64,000 nucleotides of DNA from an uncultured Chloroflexia bacterium (GTDB lineage Bacteria; Chloroflexota; Anaerolineae; CG2-30-64-16): positions 896,001 through 960,000 of the forward strand of contig CAVZDU010000001.1 in assembly GCA_963774265.1 (NCBI GenBank), in the 5' to 3' direction. Under the pieces are notes generated by a model. The model ran no database searches. It was not told the DNA's origin and saw only the letters and a program-made list of their open reading frames with translations. The translations under genes and the position numbers were made by a program. Shown here in pieces: positions 9,499-20,400 of the stretch; position 1 is the first letter of the stretch, and every line of letters begins with the position of its first letter.

Positions 9499-11426
9499 TC
9501 ACCTGCCGCTTCTTCCCTGGGGCATCAAACCCAGGATGCCGCCCCAATCGTGCCAGAACACCTTGGCCAGGTAAGAGAATGCCTCGTTCGAGGAGACCAC
9601 GAGCGACACCTCCCTGTTCAGCTTGGCGGATACCTCGCCGCCGTTGAGGCTGCCGGCCATCACCCACCCCTGCCCGCCGATCTGCGCGAGCAACATCTTG
9701 TTATGGATGCCCAGGCCCGTCGGGTTGGCGCGGCGCACCTCCAGGTCTAGCCCCTCGGCGCGGGCCACCGCGGTCAGGTATTCCGCTGTGCGCAGGTTGC
9801 TCCGCGAGCTCGCCAGGTCGTCGAAGAAGGCGTCGAGGAGCAGCCGGACGCGTGCGCCGCGGCGCGCGGCGTTGATGTAGGCCTGCAGCCGGGGATTGGG
9901 ATCGGTCTCGACGCTGCTGCTGGATGGCCCCCAAAAAGTGGGTTCATCCAACTGTTCAATTAGCAGCTCGTCGCCCGCACCTGCACGCCCGACCAGGCCC
10001 AGAAGGCAGTCAACCGTACGCAGCGAATGCTCGGGCGATTGACACACCTCAAAATGAAACCGGCCCTGGATCGCCAGCGGCTCGGGAAAACGCACAGCGT
10101 AGCGGTCACCACCACTGATCAAGATGGGCGAGAAGTCTGGCGGGGCCGCGCCCAGGTCAGGATCGGACGCGACGTAGGGCCAGACGTCGAGGTGCGTTGC
10201 ATCCATGTCGGCGGCCATGATTTCCCGAACGCGTGCCACGACGACCGGAGCATCGGTTGCCAGGTAGACGCCGCGCCGCCCCAGGGTGCCATCGGACTTG
10301 TCATCATTTGGGAATGAATCGGGGCTCGGATTTTCCGTGCCGATCAGGGCCAGCCGGTCGTCCACCAGCCACAGCTTGGCGTGCTGGTACAGGTACCGGT
10401 CGTGGATGTCGGCGCTGTTATCGGCGCGCATGTAGTAGATCTGCCCCCGGCCTCCGCGATGCGCCCGATCACCCACCGCTGCTGGTCGATGACGCCGCCG
10501 GGCGGTGCGCCCTCCAGCAGTATGATGACTGCCACGCCCTTTCGGGCCTGCTCGGCCAGGATGTCGCCGAGGGTCGCGTTTTCCAGGGTGTAGCCTTCGA
10601 AATGGATGCTGCTCGTGGCTGAGCGCAGGTGCGCGGCCAGAACGTCGAAAGCGTGGTCAGGCGCGACGAACACCTGCAACTGGGCCACTTGGTCGCCCAC
10701 TGCGGGCAGGAAGAAGCGGTCCAGCGACCCACCGGGGTAGCGCGCACGGCGGCCCCGCCAGATGTCCTCAGGATCTTGCGCCCAATCCTCAGCCGAGTCA
10801 GTGTCTGGCATGGGTAACCCGGTCCGCTCGTCAAGCTTCCTGCAGAGGATTTGGCCCTCCTGATGGAAGGCCGAGGTGGGCGTGTACGGCGCAACGCTCG
10901 CCCCGCGCCACCCACCGGCGGCCGTATCGCCTCCTTCGTAGACCAGCACATCGCTGACCTGTCCGTCAGGCCGGCTAAGGATCAGTCGACCGCCCGTGTT
11001 GGCGAATTGGAGCACGCCTCCCTTCAGGTTGGGCGTGCTGGGACTTGTATCCGTGCCGTACTCGCAGTCCGGGAGCGCGCCAAACGACTTCTTGAATGCG
11101 ACGGCCTCGCGTGCGCACCACAGCGCGCCATGGGGCGCCAGGGCGAGCCCGCCGGCGAATGTGGTTGTTCGGCTGCCGGCGGAAAGCTGCCAGCCGTCCA
11201 GGGGCACGGCGAAGTCGTTCGGGTTGTAGATCTGAAAAGCTTCGTCTGCTTCGCCGCTGACGAAGCCGTCGTGAAACAAAGCCGAGACCAGGACGGCCCT
11301 TGCTTGGGAGTTCGATATTAGGGGGAGCCGGATCATAGGTGGCGGCGCGACATCCTGGGCTGAGGCGAGCAGCGCCAGGCAACCAAGCAGTGCGACAGCG
11401 AGAGCAGCGACGAGCCGGCGAGTCAT
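9499..11426 (-). CDS. Secreted lamin-tail-domain / phospholipase D-family protein (frameshift near 10450)
   Basis: Signal-peptide-like N-terminus, LTD-like IYNPNDFAVPLDGWQL, HKD motifs HAKLWLVD and HNKM..GSLN. Confidence 0.78.
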
Positions 11427-11601
11427 TGGCGGCCTCCATGCGGGGTGATTAGCCCAGTATAGCACCTTAAGAGCACGCCAGGACTCATCTCCTTATATGA
11501 GACATGACCCGGCCATCTGAATGGGATCGCCGGACTGGGCGCCGGCAGGCACGACGAAGAGGCTGACCATGACCAGGACAGCTAAGTGAGCAGAGGGTCG
11601 A

Positions 11602-11837
11602 TCAGAGGGATTCGTAGCCGTTATCTGAGTGTCGTTGGTGAATCGAGAGGAGCGCACCGTGGGGACATGCCAGGACGCATGCCTTGCAGCCCAGGCAGCG
11701 GGATGAATCCACTGCGGGCAGGTCGCCGCGCTCGAACTGCATGATGGCGCGCGGTTTGCACACACGCCACCGCGGAACACGATGAGCAAGATTGGCAGAG
11801 TGCCGGTTCGACGTAGAGAGTAGGGCGCACGAATCAA
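11602..11837 (-). CDS. Small 4Fe-4S dicluster ferredoxin-like protein (split across frames)
   Basis: CQSCSSC..CKPRAI and CLGCKACVLACPHGA motifs lie in adjacent frames. Confidence 0.7.
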
Positions 11838-11927
11838 CTCCGTGGGGCGGATTATAGCTTCTGCGGGGGATCGCGTGCAAACGCGTGCCAGCAGGATACT
11901 CGAACCTCAGGCCCTGTTGGCACACGT

Positions 11928-12140
11928 TCACTTGAGCAGCGGTATCTCCACCGGATCTTCCTTGGGCTGGCAAATCCCGCAGTAGAGCGCATTGCCCACC
12001 ACCAGCGCCTTCTGAACCCCCTCGTCGTTGCGGTAGAGCGCCTCGATATGCGGCAGGCTGCGAGCATGTTCGCGGCACACTCCCCGACCGCAAAACCGGC
12101 AGGCGCCCTGGGCTGGTCGATCGCAGTGCCAGCAGTTCAT
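11928..12140 (-). CDS. Small Cys/His-rich putative zinc-finger protein
   Basis: CxxC..CxxC..CxxH..CxxC; AGGAGG RBS. Confidence 0.7.
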   Translation of the reverse strand: MNCWHCDRPAQGACRFCGRGVCREHARSLPHIEALYRNDEGVQKALVVGNALYCGICQPKEDPVEIPLLK

Positions 12141-12168
12141 GATTCCTCCTGATTTCGGACGCGCAGAG

Positions 12169-15100
12169 CTAGGACCCTAAGTCCAGTATCCGGCGGCTGG
12201 ACTCGCGCTCCAGGCCCTGCGCCACGGCAAATTGTTCCGCCACGAGCCGGTCAAAGTCGACTTTGTCCAACGCCAGAGTGCTGATGTGGGTGAGTGCACG
12301 AGACGGACGCGGTGCGCGGCACCGACAGCAGCAGCGCGATTTCTCCTAAATATTCCCCGGGCCCGCGTTGGGCCACTGTGATCGTCTCACCTGCGCGCTC
12401 GGCCAACACCTCCACCCGTCCGGATTGGATGACGTAGAACGTTTCGCCAACCTCACCCTGGCGCATCAGGTACGCCCCAGCCAGGTAACCCTCTTCGCGC
12501 ATCTGGGCGGCGATATGCTGGATTTGCGAGCCGTCCATCTCTGCGAAGAGCGGGATGCGCCGCAGTAGCTCGGCGCGCGTCACCGACCGGTCCAGTTTGT
12601 CGCGCATGGCGAACCGGTCCTTCACCATGCGTTCGAAATCCCCGCGGCTGAGGCAGAGGAGGGTCGTGGGCACGGTGGCGACACAACTTGCTGTACGTGG
12701 CACGTCGCGCAGCAGGGCGGTTTCGCCGAAATGGCCGCCGCGCCCTAACTGATTGACGACCGCACTGATTCCTCGCTCGTCGCGCTGGCGCACCTCCACG
12801 TGCCCCTGGTGAACGATATAGAAGCGGTCCCCGGCCTCGCCCTGGCGGATGATCGCCTCGCCCGCGGCGTATCGCGTGGGGATGAGGCGCGTGGCTAATG
12901 CCGCGAGTTCGTCTTGATTCATAGTGGCGAGGAGCGGCATGCCGCGCAGGAGGAGAGTGACATCCCGATTGGTCGCGGCGAAGCCCGAGCTGAGCGCTGA
13001 GGCCCGCGGCATGAGCCGGAAGAGATACTGCGTGCCGATCTCCCGCACTTCCCACGGCAGGCCGTCGAACGCGCAGCGCAGCGCGGCGAGGGTAAAGGGC
13101 TCCCCCATCTCGGCCGCGGCCAGATCTAGCAGTGTGCTAAGCGCCGCGGCGTACGCTTCGCCCCGACGGATGAGCGGAAGATCGGGGGGCAGCGCGTCCT
13201 GCAACTGCCCCGCCCCCAGGCTCACCCGCCAGCCCGCTGCCAGGGCATAGCCGTTGAACTGCCCTGCAATCGCAGCCGCGCTGCGACGGCCCGCGATCTC
13301 GATCAGGTGGGCATGTATTCCGCCGGCCGTCGCCGCAAATGCTTGTTGCAGCCGGCGCGCGTCGCCGCTAAGCGCAAGATCGCCCTCCCGACGCGCCAGG
13401 CGGTTTTCGGCCGAGACGGCGTCGGCGGCGACCGCGCGGGTGTATGCCAGGTGGTGCAAGTAAAGCCCCGACGCCAGGAGCAGGTAGGGGAGAGCCGGTG
13501 GCAGGTGCGTGAGCGCAAAAATCGCCAGTCCCGCAAGCGCGGTCGTCACGGCGGTCCAGGCCGGCGCAGCGCGCGTCCTCCAGAACGCGGCGAGCGTGGG
13601 GATCAGCAGCGCCGCGGCCAGCCACGGAAGCTCCACCGCGTTGAACGCCAGGTATGCCGCGGCGTCGCCTCCCTTCCAGCCGGCCTGCACGAGTACGACG
13701 AATAGGCAGTAGCCCACCCCGGCGCCGAGCCCTACGGCCGCCTTTTCGGCCGCGGTCGCTTCCCGCAGGTTGGCGCCGGCAAACAGCAGCGCAGCCCCTA
13801 ACAATAGCCCGGCGCTGCTCAATAGTCCGAAAGCTGTGTGAGGGTTGCGCCATTCGCCGGCGGCGGAAGTGAGGCCAGTGAGCTCGAACAACGCGAGTGC
13901 GAGCGCGGCCGCGGCCCAAACGGTGTAGGCGGCTGCGAAGCGTGAGCCCGCATAGCCGCGGGCGCTTCGCCAGCCGAACCAGGTCGCCGCGATCAGCGCG
14001 GCAACCCCGACCAACTGCGCGACGAGCGGGTAGTCCAGCAACTCCGGCAAGGCCGCCAGAAGGGTGCTCGCGAGGAGGAGCAGTGCGAACACACGCCAGA
14101 GACTGCGGAACAGGCCGCGACGCTGGGCCGCGGCCAACCAGCCTCGGACCAGCCGGTATGGGATCGCGCCAAGGACTGCCACAAATAAGGCGCTGATCAC
14201 GACCCCGAGCAGCCCCAGCGCCCAGCGCCCGGGTCCGGCCCCGCCTTCCCATAGGCTGCGCACGCCTTGTACTAAGCGCGTCTGCCAGAAAACCAGGCCA
14301 GCGTAGACGGCGTAGACCGTCCAGGCTGCTGCCAGCAGGCCAAACACCACGAAAATCTGCTCTTCGGCCGTCAACCTGGCCCGCTGCTGTGGCTGCGCCA
14401 TGCGGGGCAGGCGCATCTCACGTACTTTTGCCGGCAGGCCGATACGCAAGAACTCCATGGATTTGCGTCGCAACTGGGAGATTCCCAGCCAATCCATGAG
14501 CAGGTAGTAACCGTCCAGTTCCAGTAGGGGGTTGAGGTTAATAAAGACCAGGATGTAGCAAGTAAAGGCGAACTTGAAGAGCAGGGGGTTGGGCGGCAGC
14601 ACCGGCCAGGCGACCATAACCAACGTGACCAGTCCGGCCAGGATCAACCCGGAGTATGGGCCAGCCCAGGTGACTGCCAGGCGCGCGCGCTTTCCCTCAA
14701 GCCACATATCGGTTGTGTCCACGAAGAACGCGGGCATACCGAAGTAGATCATCACGCCGGCCCGCCGGACCTCACGGCGGTAGTGCTTGACCGTCAGGGC
14801 ATGTGCCAACTCGTGCAGGAAAACCGCGACGAACTGGGCGGCAATGAGCATGACAAGGCCAAGTCCATATGAACCGGCTTCGCTCACCAGGCTGTATCTA
14901 CCTGATATGAACAGCTTGCCGTATAAGACCAGGCCTACCAGGCTGAGCACCACATAGAGGATCTGTGCCGGCTTGGTGAATAGCAGCCAGCCCGCGGCTT
15001 TATAGAGACGATCCAGCGCGCCGTCCAGTCCGCTGATCGCCAGGGGGGTTTGCAGGAAGGCGTGCCAGAGGCGCCCCAGGCGCACACGCAAGCGGCGTCC

Positions 15101-15508
15101 CTCCAGGCTCTCATGCACTTGCCGGTAGACGCCCACAGGTTTGTCAGTCAGGAATCCGTTGATCCTGAGCCCGGTCACTAGCCCGGCGACGCGGCCGAAC
15201 GCGAAGGAGCCGTATTGGCCAAAATAGGCCACCACCAGATCCTTCACCGTCCGCGTGCCGTCCATTAGCTCCCACAGGAAGGCATCCCGGTCGCTGAGTT
15301 GATAATAGGTTTTCGTCGTAGGGTTTTTGATAACAGTGTAAGGACCGTCCCGACCGTCCAGCCGGCTCGCGATCACGCCAGGCACAGCCTGTGGTCGGAC
15401 CATCGCCACGTCGAACCGCTCCTGCAACCATGCCCACAACCCCGTACGACCCTCATCGGGCCGTCCGGCGTCGAGCCGCAGGTTTTCCCAGAGCGATGTG
15501 GCAGCCAT
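12169..15508 (-). CDS. RRE(PqqD-like)-M50 site-2 protease-membrane region-tandem cNMP-binding domain fusion (frameshift near 12300)
   Basis: N-terminal KNP..YYQL..AFLWELMDGTRTVKDL winged-helix pattern; HELAH and NLNPLLELDG; two CNB domains (FGETALL..PRTAS, LGEIALL..PRTAS); C-terminus continues in another frame to TAG 12169. Confidence 0.85.
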
Positions 15509-15642
15509 GTGTCTGTTTCGCCCCTCACTCCCCTTGCGGGGATGTTCCACGCGCGGCAAGACCGACAGAGCCAAGGAGTGGAAACATTCACCTGTTTCTA
15601 CCCCTTGGACCTCAGTCGGTCAATGTATCTTTTTCGTCAGTA

Positions 15643-16596
15643 CTACACCAGCGTGCCCGGCAGCTTGCTCAGAACGATCGCGAGTTGCTGTGCGGAGAGC
15701 TGGGCTAATTGTTGTGCCGAGAGACTGGCGGCTTGTTCAGCCGTCATGGCCGACAATTGCTGGGCCGACATATGGCTGAGCTGCTCGGCGGATAGGGCGA
15801 CCATCTGCTGCGCCGACATGTGACTGAGTTGCTCGGCGGAGAGGCTGGCCATCTGCTGGGCCGACATGTGGCTCAGTTGCTCGGCGGAGAGGGCGGCCAT
15901 CTGCTGGGCCGACATGTGGCTCAGTTGCTCGGCGGAGAGGCTGGCCATCTGCTGGGCCGACATGTGGCTCAGTTGCTCGGCGGAGAGGCTGGCCATCTGC
16001 TGGGCCGACATATGGCTCAGTTGCTCGGCGGAGAGGCTGGCCATCTGCTGGGCCGACATGTGGCTCAGTTGCTCGGCAGAGAGGCTGGCCATCTGCTGGG
16101 CCGACATGTGGTTCAATTGCTCGGCGGAGAGGGCGGCCATCTGCTGGGCCGACATGTGGCTCAGTTGCTCGGCGGAGAGGGCGGCCATCTGCTGCGCCGA
16201 CATGTGGCTCAGTTGCTCGGCAGAGAGGCTGGCCATCTGCTGCGCCGACATGTGACTGAGCTGCTCGGCGGAGAGGCTGGCCATCTGCTGCGCCGATATG
16301 TGGCTGAGCTGCTCGGCCGAGAGGCTAGCCGCTTGCTGGGCTGCCTGGCTGGCAGCGGTGGCTTGGCCGCTCAAAGCTGAGAGGAGGCCGAGCGCGGTGG
16401 CCTTGGAGACGCGCTCGTCCAGGACGCCAGCGAAAGAGTCCATAGTCTCGAAATCGATAGCCTTCAATGCGGCGCTCTCGGACGCAGTCAGATCATAACC
16501 TGTCAACGCCACATCGGGCCGTGCAAACAGCGCATTGCGGAACGCGCTATCGGTCACGGCCCTGCCGATGATCGCCTCCATCGCTTGCTTGGACAT
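15643..16596 (-). CDS. NHLP-clan (Os1348/Franean1_4349-like) leader fused to a tandem 16-aa repeat domain, 317 aa
   Basis: MSKQAMEAIIGRAVTDSAFRNALFARP..L.GYDLT..E..AL..LDERVSK leader pattern; AAGGAG RBS before ATG 16596. Confidence 0.8.
   Translation of the reverse strand: MSKQAMEAIIGRAVTDSAFRNALFARPDVALTGYDLTASESAALKAIDFETMDSFAGVLDERVSKATALGLLSALSGQATAASQAAQQAASLSAEQLSHISAQQMASLSAEQLSHMSAQQMASLSAEQLSHMSAQQMAALSAEQLSHMSAQQMAALSAEQLNHMSAQQMASLSAEQLSHMSAQQMASLSAEQLSHMSAQQMASLSAEQLSHMSAQQMASLSAEQLSHMSAQQMAALSAEQLSHMSAQQMASLSAEQLSHMSAQQMVALSAEQLSHMSAQQLSAMTAEQAASLSAQQLAQLSAQQLAIVLSKLPGTLV
15754..16329 (-). repeat. Coding tandem repeat, 12 x 48 bp (ASLSAEQLSHMSAQQM)
   Basis: Counted directly in DNA and protein; followed by three degenerate 8-aa units. 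Confidence 0.95.
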
Positions 16597-16695
16597 CTTG
16601 GTGCTCCTTTTTGGGCTCGAGGTGTTTATTTGTTCGACTGGCCCCATGTTACGGCAAAAGCTGCGCCCGCGCTGCGATGCGCGCCACACCGGCGG

Positions 16696-16711
16696 AGTGA
16701 TCTACATCACA
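16696..16711. promoter_or_regulatory. CRP-type operator TGTGA-N6-TCACT upstream of the repeat-protein gene
   Basis: Minus strand reads TGTGA TGTAGA TCACT; candidate -10 TAACAT at 16651-16646 without a good -35. Confidence 0.75.
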
Positions 16712-16717
16712 CCCCGG

Positions 16718-17407
16718 TCAATAGTTGATCTTCCGCCACAGCCCGACGCGATCCAGGATCGTGATCTTCTGGCCGACCAACTCGATCAGACCTTGATCCC
16801 GGAAAGTCGAGAGAACCTTGTTGACCGTCTCTCGGGAACTGGCGACCCAACTCGCAAGCTCCGCCTGTGTCAGGCCCAGATCCAGCTCCAGGCCGCTCCC
16901 CCGCGGGGACTGCGCGCCGAAACGGTCAGCCAGCTCCAGGAGTCGCATGGCGACCCGGCCATTGGCGTCAAGAAAGGCCAGGCTCTCAGCGTATGCCGTC
17001 GTGTACCGCAATCGTGCGGCGAGAATCTCGAGGAGCCGCACCGCCAGGCGAGGATGATCCTCCAACTGTTGAAAGAAATCCTCCCGTCGCAGAGCTAAAG
17101 TCTGGGTAGGTTCCACCGCCACTGCACTGGCAGAGCGGGGGCGACCGTCGAGAAAACCCAGTTCGCCGATGACTTCGCCCGGGCCGTAAACGTTCAAGGA
17201 AATCTCCTGGCCGGATTCGCTGAGAATGAAGATGCGCACCCGGCCCGATTCGATGATGTAGAGGGTTTGGCCCGGGCTATCCTTGTGGAAGATGAAAACT
17301 CCCTTGCCGAATACGCGCGTCACCAGGCAAGTCGCAACTTCGGCAAGCTCTGAATCGGACAGGCCGTTAAGGAGCGAGGACTTGCGTAACTTGTCTATTC
17401 CTGGCAT
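16718..17407 (-). CDS. crp: Crp/Fnr-family cAMP-binding transcriptional regulator
   Basis: CNB motif GELGFLDGRPRSASA; HTH LTQAELASWVASSRETVNK. Confidence 0.92.
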   Translation of the reverse strand: MPGIDKLRKSSLLNGLSDSELAEVATCLVTRVFGKGVFIFHKDSPGQTLYIIESGRVRIFILSESGQEISLNVYGPGEVIGELGFLDGRPRSASAVAVEPTQTLALRREDFFQQLEDHPRLAVRLLEILAARLRYTTAYAESLAFLDANGRVAMRLLELADRFGAQSPRGSGLELDLGLTQAELASWVASSRETVNKVLSTFRDQGLIELVGQKITILDRVGLWRKINY

Positions 17408-17442
17408 CGAGACCTCATTGCTTTCGGCGTCCTATCTTGCTT

Positions 17443-20400
17443 TCAGCCAATCATATTCAACAACCTTATCAGCGCCTCGATGTTCTTGCGTTTCCCCTCA
17501 TCACGGAGGCGCCGAGCAGCAGTCGTGAAGTAACGGTGCTCGCGGGAGAACTTCAGTTGACGACGATACCATTCAGTCTCGCTCACTGGTGCGCCAAGGG
17601 CCGCCAGTTCGGCGCGCAGGGCCTGGCTCCGGTCGAGAGCATCATCCCGACCGAGGTTATCCAGGTCAGCGTCGGCGAGGATCTCCTCGAGGGGCGTGCG
17701 TGGAGACTGCGGCAGGCGGGTGGCCAGGATCATGCCTTGCACCGCCGCCACCTGCTCCGACGTGAAGCCGAACCGGGGCAAGACCTGTGCCGCGATCTCC
17801 GCGCCGGCGCGTTCGTGTTCGTGGCTGGGAACCGTCCCCCTGGGACGTTGAACCACAAACCCGATATCGTGGTAGACGGCGCCGATCTCCAGCAGCTGCG
17901 CATCTTCGGGGCTGACCCCCACCAGGGTTGCCAGACACTGGGTCGCGGGCAGCACGTCGTCTCGTGTGTGGGCCAGGCTGTGATAGGTCAGCTCGGGGGC
18001 TAACTCGCGTTCCAGGCGGTTCAGTGCGTAACGGATCGCACCCTCAAAATCTGGCCCGGCGTGCGCAGTGCCGTCTCCGTCCCACAGGGATGGTTCCCAA
18101 TAGTAAGCGGAGCTCAGGACGGCCGACTGCGCATCCAACTCCAGGCTTTCGCAGAGGAGTTGTTCGGCCTCCCCGAAAGCGCCGTGCGCCTGGGCTTGCT
18201 TGCCGGCCGTTTCCAGGTATTCGATGGCCTTCGCCGGCTCACCGCCATGACGCCAATGATGCGCCAGGATGACGTACCAGGGTGAGAGGTCGGATCGATA
18301 GTTTTCTTCGTACTTTTCGGCGGCCCGCCGGTGAAGACGTCGCCGCTGCATGAACAGCATCGAGGTGTACGCAGCATGATGAACGGCCCCGTCTGCGAAG
18401 GCATACGACCTATCCGCCACTCCCCCCGCGCCGCAAATAAGCAAGCCCTGCTCTGCCAGGCCATCCAGGAGATCATTCAGATGCGCCTTTTCGGAGTCGA
18501 CCGGGAAGATTTCGCGGAGCATCGTGCTCACGAAGGTCGTGCCCAGGACGCTGGCCACCTTCAGCACTAATTGCTCGGACGGCGAGAGGTGATCCAGCCG
18601 ATTGCGGATCGCTGTCGAATATGGGGCCATTCCCTTCGCCTCACCAGCGGAAACACCGGTCGGACGGTAGACAACCACCGGCTGCATGAAACCCTTGACT
18701 CGAATCGGCGGCAATGCCGTGAAGGCCACCTGCCCCTGGGCTGCCCGGCAAATCTCCTCATCACACAAGATATCGCCTTCCGGCGCTGCGATCATGAGAC
18801 GCGCTGCCAGGTTGACCCGATCGCCCTGGATGCCGTAGGTGCGACGTCCCCTGCCGCCATAGGTGCCCACCAACGCCTGGCCCACGGCGACCCCGATCCG
18901 GATCGATCCCATGAACGCTAGCTCCGGCGGCGGTGAGAGCAGCTCAAGCGCAGCACAGACTGCGCGGGTCTCGTCATCGCTGTGCGCGATGGGCGCACCG
19001 AACGCAAGGCAAATATAACTCCCCTTGTCTCCCATGGTCAGGTGATCGAAGATTGCCTCGTAACCCTCGGCCACCCGTTGCACCCACCGGACATAAGCGT
19101 CGAGTTTTGTCCCCGCCTCTTCGTCCGCGTCGTAGTCGATACCTTTGAAGTTGAGGAACAATGCCGACACGGGGCGCAGCTCGGAGAGGAACTGCTTGTG
19201 GTCACTGCGGGCCCGCTCGTACACGGCAGGCAGCACCCATGGCCGGTACTCCGCATCGGAGAGGCCTTCTGTTGGCAATTCGGGCCACGGCGTGGGCGAC
19301 ACTCCTTCGACTGGGCCGCAGACGACGGCGATGGGCCTGTCCCGGTCATCTGTGCGCCATTCGCGTATGGTGAGTTGAAGGGTGCTCCGCTCGACTATGT
19401 CACCCCCCACGACAACTTCACCTCGATTGGCTGCGTGTTCGGCTGCGGCGAGCCGGTCGAGGGTCCGCCCAGCGATGGCCTCGATCACCTGGATCCCAGG
19501 ATCGCCGACCAGGAGGCGGCGCACCGGACCAGCCACGACCGCAACCTTGGCGGCCAACTCGAAGGTGGCGCCTTGGGGTGTGGTGACGGTGTTGCAGAGG
19601 GCCATCGCCTCTTGCATGGCCAGGCCGCACGCGACCGCAACCAGCTCTGCTGGCACACCTTGGGCACGTGGGAGTGATGTCGCGTCGTCAAACCAACACG
19701 TGATCGCGTCGCCGGCAAAGCCGATGACGCTGCCTCCGTAGCGGTGCACTTCGTCGATCAGCGCGGTGTAGATCTGGCTGATCGTGCGAGTCAGCTCTTC
19801 GGCGCCGCGTTCGAGCCCGAGTTCCTGCGCCAACGCCCCCGTCAGGGGGGTGAAGCCGGAGATGTCTGCGAACAGGGCCGCCCCGGTCGCCCGGTCGGGC
19901 AGGGTTTCGCCGCGCGCGAGCGCATGCTGGCGGTCCACCGGTATGTAAACGGTCAGCGGTTCGCCTTGCGCCCGTTTCATCTCCTCCATGTCGAGGCGTA
20001 ATTGCTCCAATTGCTGTCTCAGTCGTTGCTCGCGCAGGTAGACCTCGCGGGCCATACGCTGGAAGACGCGGGCCAGCCGGCCGAGGGCATCCTCGCGGGC
20101 GCCGACCGCGTCCAACGTGGCAGGATCGAAGCGGCCGGACTCCACCGCCTGGGCTGCGTCTGCCACGCGGCCTGCCTGCTCCAGGTACTCCAGCTCCAGG
20201 TCGCGCAGCCGCTTCTGTGCCAGGGACGCTTGGAGACGTGCCTGGAGCAGGGCGGGCTTGAAGGGCTTTGGCAGGTAGTCGGTTGCTCCTAGCTGGATGC
20301 AGCGGACCACGCTGTCGATTTCGTCGAGGGCCGAGATCATGATAACCGGAATGTGACGCAGGTGCGGGAGCGCCTTGACGTGGGCCAGTACCTGGTAGCC

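Noticed and set aside
15754-16329. 48-bp tandem array as a possible CRISPR
   Set aside because: There are no unique spacers, the unit is a multiple of 3 with mostly synonymous variation inside an ORF, and no cas genes are present.
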